Source: an uncultured Gammaproteobacteria bacterium
Lineage (GTDB): Bacteria; Patescibacteriota; Microgenomatia; PFEM01; DATLAM01
Assembly (NCBI GenBank): GCA_964566925.1
Contig: CAZMIZ010000006.1
Coordinates: 1-56,914, forward strand
Length of the DNA stretch: 56,914 nt
Direction: 5' to 3'
The position numbers and the translations under genes are program-made. A model generated the notes under the pieces. The model worked only from the letters and a program-made list of their open reading frames with translations. It made no database searches and had not been told where the DNA came from. Each line of letters begins with the position of its first letter. Positions within the stretch are counted from its first letter, which is position 1. Below, piece after piece: positions 17,502 to 26,757 of the stretch.

Positions 17502-19088
17502 CTATCTGGTAAACCAGGCTTCCATCACCTTTTTGACAATCGGGGCGGCAACATAGGCCCCTTCGCCCCCGGCTTCCACCAAAGCGGTAACCACAATCTC
17601 GGGGTCGTCAGCCGGAGCATAAGCGGTTAACCAAGCATGGGTTCGGCCTTCTGGATCAGCAAATTCAGCTGTCCCCGTCTTACAAGCTACCTGAGGCGAG
17701 AACTCAAAAAAAGGAAAAGCGGTCCCTCCGGTTGAACAGGCTTCTTTCATTCCTTCCTTAACTAGTTTTAAAGTCTTTTCTTTAAGCTGGAGGTCCTGAC
17801 AACCACCATTAGTTTCTAGCTTAACTACTTCAGGTGAACACAATTTGCCGTTATTGGCGATCACGCTAGTCATCAGATTGACTTGAAGAGGGGTGGCCAA
17901 TAAATCTGCTTGGCCGATGGCAAAATGATAGGTATTACCTAAAAACCAAGACTCGCCTTTCGCCCTTTCTTTCCACTCCGGATCGGGCACTAAACCCGCC
18001 ACTTCTCCAGGGATATCAATCTCGCTTTTTCTTCCCAAACCAAAAGCCCGAGCCCATTCAGCCAATTTCGTGGCCCCCACCCACTCACCCACTTTATAAA
18101 AAAAGGTGTCGGTGGAACGCTTAATGGCCTGGACTAAACCAATTGCTCCTTCAGTCCGGCCGTACTGATTAAAATACCAATTTCGATAAACATACTCCCC
18201 GATTCTAATTTCACCGGTATCTTCATAAATAGTGTTTTCATCAACCTTTCCTTCTTCGACGCCGGCAACGGCGGTAACGATTTTAAAAGTTGATCCCGGC
18301 GGATAGATGCCGCCAATAGCTCGGTTGAACATCGGCAGAGATTCGTCAGTCAAAATCGCTTCGGTAATCTGATTAGGAAGAAAGGAAGGGCCGGAAATCA
18401 AAACTAAGACCTGGCCGGTTTTCGCTTCGGTCGCCACCACCGCTCCTTTCTGACCGCCTAAGGCCTGGTAGGCGACCTTAGAAAGTTCACCATCAATCGA
18501 TAGATGAAGATCTTTTCCGGAAACAGGCTCAAATTTACCAATTTCCCGGATTTTATTATCTTGGCTGTCCACTTCAAAGATTTCCCCGCCATCTTGACCA
18601 CGCAAAGATTGATCATATTTCTCCTCTACTCCCAGACGTCCCACTAAATCCCCCAATTGGTAGCGGCCAGTTCTAACCTCCTCCTGATTAGCCTCGCCTA
18701 AATAACCCAAAACATGAGCCAAAGCCGATCCATAGACATAATCCCGACCGACATCAACCCGCATTCTTTCTAATTCAGCTCCCTCTTCAGCTTCAATCTT
18801 TAAAGCCTCTTCCCGAGTGATAACCTGATATTCATCTGCTTCTCCTCCAACCTTTAGGCGGTACAAGGGAACATTTCTCACCAAAGCCTTCCCCTGCCAA
18901 TCATAAATTACTCCTCGAGGGGCCGGGTCAATTATTCTTTTGATTCGATTGCCTTCGGCAATGGCTCGATTTTTAGCTCCAAAAATAATTTGGAGTTCAA
19001 AAAGGCGGCCCATTAAAACCAAGAAGCCAAGAATCAAAATCCCATAGAAAAGATAAAGGCGGTTTTTCTTCATCATTGGTGATCTCAA
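17502..19088 (-). CDS. mrdA: Penicillin-binding protein 2
   Basis: PGSTFK (SxxK), RSTD (SxN variant), KTGTAE; after mreCD. Confidence 0.92.
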   Translation of the reverse strand: MRSPMMKKNRLYLFYGILILGFLVLMGRLFELQIIFGAKNRAIAEGNRIKRIIDPAPRGVIYDWQGKALVRNVPLYRLKVGGEADEYQVITREEALKIEAEEGAELERMRVDVGRDYVYGSALAHVLGYLGEANQEEVRTGRYQLGDLVGRLGVEEKYDQSLRGQDGGEIFEVDSQDNKIREIGKFEPVSGKDLHLSIDGELSKVAYQALGGQKGAVVATEAKTGQVLVLISGPSFLPNQITEAILTDESLPMFNRAIGGIYPPGSTFKIVTAVAGVEEGKVDENTIYEDTGEIRIGEYVYRNWYFNQYGRTEGAIGLVQAIKRSTDTFFYKVGEWVGATKLAEWARAFGLGRKSEIDIPGEVAGLVPDPEWKERAKGESWFLGNTYHFAIGQADLLATPLQVNLMTSVIANNGKLCSPEVVKLETNGGCQDLQLKEKTLKLVKEGMKEACSTGGTAFPFFEFSPQVACKTGTAEFADPEGRTHAWLTAYAPADDPEIVVTALVEAGGEGAYVAAPIVKKVMEAWFTR

Positions 19089-19519
19089 ATCTTGAGTCTA
19101 ATCCCTCTTTTCTCAAACCCTAAAGAGAAATATTTGATGAGCGGTCTCATTAAGAAAACTAAAAAGGCAAGAATTAGGGCTTCAACCCAGTAAAAATAAT
19201 GTCTGGTAATCAGCGAATAAAGACTGGCGCTCAAGAAAACAAAGAAAGGTAAAAAAGCCGGATGCAAGGGGTCAAATTTTCTGGAATAAAGATGGAGAAT
19301 ATAGGCGGTAAGCAGAAAAATTAAACTGGAAATTCCCCACGTGGTCCCCCAGGCGCAATCTAACAAAAGACCCGAGACAAAGGCAATAATAATCGTTTCC
19401 CGGACAGGCCTGATTGCCGCCCAAATCAAAATCATCAAGAGAACTAAATTCAAAGGTAAAAAGGCACCCTGGAGAAGGGCCAAAAGAAAAATGAGTATCA
19501 GAACAAAATAACTTCTCAT
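19085..19519 (-). CDS. mreD: Rod shape-determining protein MreD
   Basis: Hydrophobic 144 aa with AFVSGLLLD; between mreC and mrdA. Confidence 0.8.
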   Translation of the reverse strand: MRSYFVLILIFLLALLQGAFLPLNLVLLMILIWAAIRPVRETIIIAFVSGLLLDCAWGTTWGISSLIFLLTAYILHLYSRKFDPLHPAFLPFFVFLSASLYSLITRHYFYWVEALILAFLVFLMRPLIKYFSLGFEKRGIRLKI

Positions 19520-20316
19520 GGAATGACAACAAAAACAATTCTTAATAATGAATAATCAACTAAGGGGTAAACGGTTGCTTGTTGATAGACGGCCGCGGTT
19601 TTGGGTGAAACTTCTCCGACCTGACCAATCACCAAATCTGGCAACCAGCCTTCTTCGCCACTGGTAATCACCAAGTCGCCTTTTTGGATATCTTCATCTT
19701 GAAGAACTCGATCAAGAATGATTTTGCCGCCAAACTGGCCGATTAGAAGACCCCGGGCCTGGATACCACTGGAGGCGGGTTTTTTAACCACCACTGGGAT
19801 TTTGGAATTTGGATCGGTAGGCAGCTGAACTAAACAATCAACCTCTCCCACGGAAATCACCTTCCCTACCAAAATATTTTCTGAAACCACCATCATTCCC
19901 TCTTTTATCCCGTCTCTTTTCCCTCGATAAAGGCGCATCTTTTCTGTCCGACCAACAACTTTAGCATCAACAAACTGCCATTGGGGCGACAAAGGCGCAC
20001 TTAAAAGCCTCCTCAAATGTTCATTTTCTTCAAGACAGGAAGATAACTGATTTTGGTCGATGGCTAATTGGCGCAATTTGCCTTCCAGCTCCACTAATTC
20101 TTGGTCGCGTTTGCCGGAGTTAATCACTTGGTTGACTGGCTGATTAATTGATTGGCTGAAAAGATAGAGGGGTCTTTCCAGGGCGATAATCGGTCGCTCA
20201 ACTATCAGCCGAACCGGTGAAATTAAACGCCGTTGGTCGGCGATAATCAAAAAAAGAGAAACCAAAAAAAGCAAGAAAAAGAAAGGCAGTTCTCCTTTTA
20301 ATTCTTCTCTGTCCAT
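19516..20316 (-). CDS. mreC: Rod shape-determining protein MreC
   Basis: TM, coiled coil, LEENEHLRRLL, GIKEGM.V...LVGKV, GDLVITSG, IGQV. Confidence 0.92.
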   Translation of the reverse strand: MDREELKGELPFFFLLFLVSLFLIIADQRRLISPVRLIVERPIIALERPLYLFSQSINQPVNQVINSGKRDQELVELEGKLRQLAIDQNQLSSCLEENEHLRRLLSAPLSPQWQFVDAKVVGRTEKMRLYRGKRDGIKEGMMVVSENILVGKVISVGEVDCLVQLPTDPNSKIPVVVKKPASSGIQARGLLIGQFGGKIILDRVLQDEDIQKGDLVITSGEEGWLPDLVIGQVGEVSPKTAAVYQQATVYPLVDYSLLRIVFVVIP

Positions 20317-20379
20317 GCCCTCATTTTACCACACCATTATTTTAAGTGGCCTATCTCTGAAAAGGCGGGAGACAAGTTT

Positions 20380-22977
20380 CTACGGGGCGATTTCTTGCCA
20401 GGTGTAGCTGGCTTGTTGGATTTCAAGCGGTGTGTTAATCCAAAGTTCAGGCGAGAAAATAAAAGTTTCAGCCGGAGTATCTCCATTATCTCCTTCCAGA
20501 TCTCGTCCAAGACTAAATCCTTCCCAGCCGACAAACATCCCTTTGCCGGTGAAAACATTCGCTGAGGACTCAATCTCAATGGTGCCGTCGGCAATGAGAA
20601 TACCTTCTAAAGCCGGGTTAACACCCGCATCGGTGACATCGCCCTCAATGGTAATATCCTCGCCAACGATGAAGGCCAAGAAATTATTATTGGTGCCGAG
20701 ATTAATTCTTTCTTTAATCGTCAAATTGCCAGGAACCAAAATGACCACTTTCTGACCAGAACTGTTGACATTCCAAGAACTCTCAGGAAGACTAAGGTTG
20801 CCGTCACCCTCCACTTTGTAAAACCCATCTAGGGCATTCAAATCATCAATAGAAGGATTCTCACTTAAGGATTCTGGAGAGCTAATCAGGTGATCAAAGT
20901 AGTCATAGCCATAAGTCAAACCCCCATCAGAAGAGTTAGTCAACCAACCCTCTTCTGAGGCGGAATCATTACCAAAACTACAGCTGGTGCCATAGGAAAT
21001 CACTCCCGGTGAATCCCCGTCGCCTACAAGAGAACAATGTTCACCGGCGGGGAGAGGGTTAGAAAGAACCCCCTCGGCGTGAACATCACCATCCTTAGTT
21101 TGGAACCAAGCCCCAATCGTGCTGGTAAGGCCAATATTAACGGTCTTAACATCACCATCGCCGCTCAAAGTAACCGTGGCATTATTATTATCGTCGCCAT
21201 CACAATAATAAGGATCGCTATAACCATCAGGGAAGCCGGTCATCATTACCGTAAGAGGCTCCCCAACCGGTAAATCAGTAAACTGGTAGTCCGGATTAGG
21301 GGTTTGGGTTCCGTAACCAGCAATTTGAACCGTTCCCCCACTAAGGGTATCGCCATCCAAAGGGCAAGACTCACCTGATCCAGTGATATCATAAACCGTT
21401 CCATTAACCGTTCCGGTCGAAGGCTCATTAGGAGTAAAATCAATCGTGTCGGAACAGACCGTACACTCATCGGCTGAACTGGTAATCCCACAAACCTTAA
21501 TCCAGACCTGCAAACTCCGGCTACCAGTCCCGCTACAGTCTCCTTCTCTTCCCTCACAGATATCCCAATTAAAACCATGAAGGGTATCCTCGTCGTAAGT
21601 CGGTGTCCATTCACCTATGTCACCACTACTCCGATCAATTATTTTGGTCCAAGGGCCACTGCTGCTAAGATTGCTTAAAGAAACTCTACCGATCCCCTGG
21701 CTAATGTAGCCCGAGCCCAAGCCACCAATCGAGTTATCAACCGCGGCCACCAAATTTGAACTTTCTTCGGTTACCTCTTCTGTTTCATCCCAGGCACCAG
21801 TTAAGTAAGTATAGTTTCCCTCTGCCCCTTCTGCTCCGTTAACCTTAATCAGAGTAATCTCGATATTATAAATAAGCATCGAGCCGGTCTCCTCGGTGTG
21901 ATAAAAATAAAGGGCTTCGGAGGCGGGCCGAAGATAAACTGTTTTTGAACCAGTCCCTCTAACCTCCTTTAAACTATTATATGGGCTTCCAAAAGAGGCA
22001 CCATGGCGATATAAATTAATTTCAGGCGCCCCATCTAACCTTTTATGATTAAATTCGATCTTAAAAATCAATCTCCCACTAGGAATGTTATTGATAGCTA
22101 AAACCGAGCCTGGATAGAGAATGAAAAAATTACCCTCATAATTTAAATATTTCCGATGATCTGGTGGGGGCGGAGGAGGATCGCCGTCATAGGGACAACC
22201 CCATTTACCGCTTACCGAACAAGTGGCTTTATACCAATCAAGACCTGATGCCCCGGGACAAGCACCACCTGTTGTCTGATAGTTGGGTCGGCTCGGCACA
22301 CCGCTAGGCCTAGTCGAGCAGAAACTACCATTACAGGGCCAACCCGGAACTGATTCCCAATCATTCGTTTGGTTAGAAAAACCAAAGTAACAAACCTGTT
22401 CGGAAGCTCCTAGGTCAAATGGAATCCAGCCATTTTCAAAAGCCTGCCGGCCGGTTCTGGTGATTAATTCCTCATCCACTAAAACCTGATCAGTTTGATT
22501 AGGGTTACTTTCTTGACTGGGAACATAGTTGGCGGTGTTAACCGCAATCCGCTGAGAAAGCCTAATCCCACAATAATCTGGTGGTCGAGGCCCACCGCCT
22601 TTATTATGAACTCCAAAATCATTAGCAAAAAAGGTTTCTTTCCCATCAACCGAAAGATTATAAACATCCACCGGTTCTGGTTGGTAATCAAGCTTGGTAA
22701 TTGTTTCAGGTATTAAGTCTCCTGTCTCATTTTTTACAAAAACCCAATCACCAACCTTTAAATCTTTAACTTCAATAAACGAAGCATCTTCTAAATCCGG
22801 CCCAGGAACCTCTACCTCCTGGGCATGAACCGAACCTAATAATGCAAAACAAAGAACCAAGAACAAAGAACCAAGAACAAACGTTTTCAGTCCTACCTGC
22901 CCGCCGAAGTCTCGGCGAAGGTGGGAGTTTTTAGTTTTAAGTATTAAGTATTTAGTTAATTCGGGCAGTTTTTTCAT
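20380..22977 (-). CDS. Large secreted protein: signal peptide, C-terminal half of a Hint domain, Cys-rich region, CPR-type surface C-terminal domain
   Basis: h-region ending VHA/QE; FIEVKDLKVGD...VYNLSVDGKETFFANDFGVHN; C-term WFQTKDGDVHA...YTWQEIAP. Confidence 0.8.
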   Translation of the reverse strand: MKKLPELTKYLILKTKNSHLRRDFGGQVGLKTFVLGSLFLVLCFALLGSVHAQEVEVPGPDLEDASFIEVKDLKVGDWVFVKNETGDLIPETITKLDYQPEPVDVYNLSVDGKETFFANDFGVHNKGGGPRPPDYCGIRLSQRIAVNTANYVPSQESNPNQTDQVLVDEELITRTGRQAFENGWIPFDLGASEQVCYFGFSNQTNDWESVPGWPCNGSFCSTRPSGVPSRPNYQTTGGACPGASGLDWYKATCSVSGKWGCPYDGDPPPPPPDHRKYLNYEGNFFILYPGSVLAINNIPSGRLIFKIEFNHKRLDGAPEINLYRHGASFGSPYNSLKEVRGTGSKTVYLRPASEALYFYHTEETGSMLIYNIEITLIKVNGAEGAEGNYTYLTGAWDETEEVTEESSNLVAAVDNSIGGLGSGYISQGIGRVSLSNLSSSGPWTKIIDRSSGDIGEWTPTYDEDTLHGFNWDICEGREGDCSGTGSRSLQVWIKVCGITSSADECTVCSDTIDFTPNEPSTGTVNGTVYDITGSGESCPLDGDTLSGGTVQIAGYGTQTPNPDYQFTDLPVGEPLTVMMTGFPDGYSDPYYCDGDDNNNATVTLSGDGDVKTVNIGLTSTIGAWFQTKDGDVHAEGVLSNPLPAGEHCSLVGDGDSPGVISYGTSCSFGNDSASEEGWLTNSSDGGLTYGYDYFDHLISSPESLSENPSIDDLNALDGFYKVEGDGNLSLPESSWNVNSSGQKVVILVPGNLTIKERINLGTNNNFLAFIVGEDITIEGDVTDAGVNPALEGILIADGTIEIESSANVFTGKGMFVGWEGFSLGRDLEGDNGDTPAETFIFSPELWINTPLEIQQASYTWQEIAP
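22851..22957 (+). repeat. Composite repeat inside a coding N-terminus: heptamer array (AAAGAAC/CAAGAAC x4), REP-like palindrome, heptamer array (AGTWTTA)
   Basis: 22851-22878 four heptamers; 22892-22925 CCTACCTGCCCGCCGAAGTCTCGGCGAAGGTGGG; 22933-22953 three heptamers. Confidence 0.85.
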
Positions 22978-22978
22978 T

Positions 22979-23674
22979 TTATCTTAAAATCTCATTTACT
23001 GTCGCCTGCAAATTAGTAATCAATTTATAAGTGAGCGTCTGCGAGAGAATCTCTTTGACTTTATCCAAAACTGTTTCTTGGTTTTTTAGTTTTTCAGTTT
23101 CTCCGTCATTCTTAGCTTTAACGGCTAAGAACGGGTGTTCTCCGGTAACTTTGACTTTCTTCCCACTTTCAGTTTCCAATTCATAATAGCCTTCTCTGGT
23201 ATATTCCAGAATTCCAGAAACCGTATTTTCCTTAATTTCTCCTGTTTCTGGATCAAATGAAGAAACAAGATCACCTTCTTCCAAATCTTTTATTTGGAGT
23301 TTTGGAGTTTTGCCTGCCTTGCCGGCGGGCAGGGAGCTTTCGGTATTTACCTCCGTTTCTCCCGTAAAACATCCGCCGCCGCCGCAACACTGACTGTATT
23401 CGTTCCCGTCATCATCCGCGCATTCTTGATAACTAACAGTTTTTGTGACACCAGGAGGATTACATAAATCAACGCCGCATTCTTGGCAAGGTTCCCAACC
23501 TTCGTCACATAATGACTGTGGACAACCACTCGAAACACTATAACAAGCCAAACAGGTCCCTGGAGGAATCCAGGTATCTCCTGCTAAAACTATTTTAGGC
23601 AGAAGAAATAAAGATAAGATTAAAATGAAAAAAAATCCTAAAAATAACTTTTTAAGATTCATCAGGCTCCTCAT
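22979..23674 (-). CDS. Secreted Cys-rich protein ending in the N-terminal half of a Hint domain
   Basis: Signal peptide ending VLA/GD; GGGG-CFTGETEV...IKDLEEGDLVSSFD...KVTGEHPFL (Hint blocks A and B). Confidence 0.8.
   Translation of the reverse strand: MRSLMNLKKLFLGFFFILILSLFLLPKIVLAGDTWIPPGTCLACYSVSSGCPQSLCDEGWEPCQECGVDLCNPPGVTKTVSYQECADDDGNEYSQCCGGGGCFTGETEVNTESSLPAGKAGKTPKLQIKDLEEGDLVSSFDPETGEIKENTVSGILEYTREGYYELETESGKKVKVTGEHPFLAVKAKNDGETEKLKNQETVLDKVKEILSQTLTYKLITNLQATVNEILR
23313..23333. repeat. REP-like palindrome inserted in frame (encodes LPAGKAG)
   Basis: CCTGCC-TTGCCGGCG-GGCAGG. Confidence 0.65.
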
Positions 23675-24227
23675 ATCCTCTAATAACTATAATTGGAACA
23701 AAACCTTCAAAGCCCCCTATGCTCTCAATTTCGGAAAAAATCATCGAACTAGAAAAATAAGCCCTTACTACATAATCATTGGGAGATAAAAAATCTTCAA
23801 GATTATCTCTGGGGTAATTAAAATCATCATAGTAACCACACGGGTTTTGACAGACTAAAAATTCACTTCCTTCCTTAACAGTTAAAATTTTTTCTGAATT
23901 ATCAAGAAATCTAATCGTTAACTTCTCCCCAGCAATCTTAATAATTTCTCCTGAAATAGTAACCATATTTAAATTTTTATCTAATTTAAAATTATTTTTT
24001 TTAAATTCGCGCTCTGTTTCTCTTACCCCTGTTAATCTGGCTAAAAACGGAAAGGAAGAACCTACACGCAGAATACAAATATCAGAAGATAAACAATAAA
24101 AAGCCTCAATAAGGATAGTAATGAAAAGAAGCGGGATAATAACTCCAAGCACCAAAAAGAGTAATTTTCTCTTCGTTAAGAACATTTTTAACTTCCCTCT
24201 AGTGGCGACAAGCGATATTAATTTCAT
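23652..24227 (-). CDS. Hypothetical membrane-anchored protein (AT-rich)
   Basis: N-terminal TM helix; co-oriented in the mreB-mreC insert. Confidence 0.6.
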   Translation of the reverse strand: MKLISLVATRGKLKMFLTKRKLLFLVLGVIIPLLFITILIEAFYCLSSDICILRVGSSFPFLARLTGVRETEREFKKNNFKLDKNLNMVTISGEIIKIAGEKLTIRFLDNSEKILTVKEGSEFLVCQNPCGYYDDFNYPRDNLEDFLSPNDYVVRAYFSSSMIFSEIESIGGFEGFVPIIVIRGYEEPDES

Positions 24228-24278
24228 TAAAACAAACTAAACTACCCTTGTCAACCAATAACCAAGGCCAAAGTAAAA

Positions 24279-26054
24279 TTATGAATTTTCTTCTTCCCAA
24301 GCAGCTCTGATAAACAAAACATGATATCTGTTTATCAGGCTCGCGCCCTCCTCTGGCCAAATCTCTTCAGCTAATTCAACCAAATCATAACCTGTAACTT
24401 GCCTCTTTTCGCTTCTTGCTAACTCCCGGGCGGCACTAACAAGCTCCCCAAAAAAATCTGGATGGCCTTTTTCAACGGCTGTCTGATTAATCTCCCAGAT
24501 TGCCCAACCAGCGGAATTAGTCAGGGCTTGGTATCTTTTGAGAGAACTTTCATCATTAAAATCTAGATAAAGGGTTTCATTTCTAAGTTCTTCTAAATTA
24601 TTTTGTTCCAGTGTTTCTGCTTCCCCGAAAATAAAAGTTGATGGACTAAATTGCTCGCCCATTTTCTCGGCCCACCTTCTTGATCCAACATATTCAGCGA
24701 TTCCTTCATCAATTATCCGAGAGTAAACCGGAATCCAACTTCCATCCTCAAGTTGGACATTATTCCCGCCATGACAGAGTTCATGAGCTGGATCACCAAA
24801 GAATAGACTGCTTTTAATTACTATTCTACACCCACCCCCTTCTGGTTCGCAAAAAACCCCATTAAAGGAAGCTCCTACACCCTCCTGCGGTTCTGTAAGA
24901 TAAATTATTCTTTCAATTTTATTAATATCAAATCGACAATCCATTTGAACTTCAGGAAGAACAGTGTTAATTTCAAGGGCAACATGCTGAGCTGCTCCCT
25001 CCGGAAAATCGTAAGTTTCCATAGAGATAGATTGGCCAGAAAGCTCTAACTTCCAACGTAATCCCTCTCCAAAATTATTATCTATTATCTCCTCTGGAGT
25101 AAAACCGCAATCTATTAAAAAATTGCTGGGTGAAACTTCAAAATATTTATGACCCTCTATCTCGGTTATAAGATTGCCTGTTTCTGTATTCAACCCCACT
25201 ACAGTGGCCCTAATTGAAAAACTTTCAGATTGGCTATCGAAAATCCGCCCTTCCATCCCTTTTCCAACCACCCCGTTATCCCAAGCCCTAATACTGTTCA
25301 AGTCAGTTTCATCTACGTCCACTACGCCCTCAGGTAGGGCAATAAGTCTTCCACCGCGCAAAATCATTGGATCAAGACCGTAATAAGGACAATCTGGAGA
25401 ATTAATATCGCACTCTGTCGATAAAAATTTATTAACCCCCAAGAGCTCATCCTCAGTTACATTAAATCTCTCGGCAATTTGATTTAGATAAAGTGGGCGT
25501 TTAAGAAAAAATAGGGTCGGAGCGGTGGAAGAAGGTATTTCGCTTATCTCAGTCCCAGCCACCACTGTTTTTTCGAGAACTGAAGTTTCTTTCTGTGCTT
25601 GTTGAATTTCGGTCGGTTGTGGCGTGGCTTCGCTAACAACCATTTGTGGTTCTTGATTAATGGCTTCAATTGTTGCCTCAAACTCCTTCATCTCTCTACT
25701 TACTTCTCCCGGAGTCGGAAGAACTTTTGGAGTTGGGCCTAATTCAGAGGCTGAAGTAAAACCCGCCTTAGCGGCTTCTCCAACTTGAAAGGCCAGCAAT
25801 AAAGCAAGAACAACAGCTGGGGGGGCAATTTTGAGGAACCTTCTTCTTGTTATTGGCTCCCTGAGGTCTAATCCAGTCAATCCGCCCTTAGAAACCCCCA
25901 CCTCTTCAGGTAATCCTTCCGGAACTTTAGGAGATCCTTGGCCACTTTCCCTCTGTCTCACCACCCCCTTAAGGCTATCTCTCTGAGTTTCTCTTAAAGC
26001 TTGTTGATACAATGGCCCACCTAAGCTGCTTTCTTTGCCCATTTTATCTTCCAT
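24279..26054 (-). CDS. Membrane-anchored protein with LysM-like module and HExxH (gluzincin-like) metallopeptidase motif
   Basis: ITRRRFLK+TM; YLNQIAERFNVTEDELLGVNK; PAHELCHG...IIDEGIAEY. Confidence 0.62.
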   Translation of the reverse strand: MEDKMGKESSLGGPLYQQALRETQRDSLKGVVRQRESGQGSPKVPEGLPEEVGVSKGGLTGLDLREPITRRRFLKIAPPAVVLALLLAFQVGEAAKAGFTSASELGPTPKVLPTPGEVSREMKEFEATIEAINQEPQMVVSEATPQPTEIQQAQKETSVLEKTVVAGTEISEIPSSTAPTLFFLKRPLYLNQIAERFNVTEDELLGVNKFLSTECDINSPDCPYYGLDPMILRGGRLIALPEGVVDVDETDLNSIRAWDNGVVGKGMEGRIFDSQSESFSIRATVVGLNTETGNLITEIEGHKYFEVSPSNFLIDCGFTPEEIIDNNFGEGLRWKLELSGQSISMETYDFPEGAAQHVALEINTVLPEVQMDCRFDINKIERIIYLTEPQEGVGASFNGVFCEPEGGGCRIVIKSSLFFGDPAHELCHGGNNVQLEDGSWIPVYSRIIDEGIAEYVGSRRWAEKMGEQFSPSTFIFGEAETLEQNNLEELRNETLYLDFNDESSLKRYQALTNSAGWAIWEINQTAVEKGHPDFFGELVSAARELARSEKRQVTGYDLVELAEEIWPEEGASLINRYHVLFIRAAWEEENS

Positions 26055-26060
26055 TTTCGT

Positions 26061-26086
26061 AAAAAATCCTCCAAACTTTGGAGGAT
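26061..26086 (-). terminator. Intrinsic terminator-like hairpin plus U6
   Basis: ATCCTCCAA-3 nt-TTGGAGGAT followed by TTTTT on minus strand. Confidence 0.6.
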
Positions 26087-26175
26087 ATTAAATTAATCCT
26101 GTCTTCTTATTATTTAATTTTTGCCCTAAAATCATCGTGGCAGATTCTTAAACCATTATATCTTTTTAAAGATGC

Positions 26176-26757
26176 TTAGTCAATTCCTAGGATCTTAAAA
26201 CCCAAAGGCATGAGGATGAGAGGGAGGATCACGGCTGACCAGACCTGCCAGTAAGTATGGTAACCAAGCTTGATTCGCGACCAGGCCACCGGAAAGATGA
26301 AGAGAAACAAAGGCAGATGACGAAAACCGAAAAAGAGATTAATTAAAAGGATTAAGGCGGTTGTTGTCCCCACATGGACGCTAATTTTGGTAATGACCGT
26401 TAGGATTGAAAAAAGGTAGGCTAAAAGGTTGAAAATTAAAAGAATGTTAAAAAGGAATTCATTCCCATACATTGAGATTAAAATTAAGCCGGCAAACCAG
26501 CAGGCAACCGTAAATAAGTAAAGCCGGTAGCGCTCCTCCTTTTTGGTAATTTCCAAATCAGAAATTTTCCCGGTGCTTAAGGAGTACATAAAAAATCCCA
26601 CCGGGGCTGCCACTTCAAAAATTAAGAAAACGGCTAGAGCAAATGGCGGAATCCCCGCTGCCAGTCGAGGCTTAAACAAAAGGAGAATGATACCCAGAGG
26701 AATCACATAAATCGGGTTGGAAACCGCGGAAACAAATTTGGCTATTTTTAACTTCAC
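26176..26757 (-). CDS. PAP2-like integral membrane protein (start moved to GTG at 26757, overlapping the mreB stop)
   Basis: Multiple TM helices; KISVH...WSRIKLGYHT resembles the PAP2 C2/C3 motifs. Confidence 0.65.
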   Translation of the reverse strand: MKLKIAKFVSAVSNPIYVIPLGIILLLFKPRLAAGIPPFALAVFLIFEVAAPVGFFMYSLSTGKISDLEITKKEERYRLYLFTVACWFAGLILISMYGNEFLFNILLIFNLLAYLFSILTVITKISVHVGTTTALILLINLFFGFRHLPLFLFIFPVAWSRIKLGYHTYWQVWSAVILPLILMPLGFKILGID

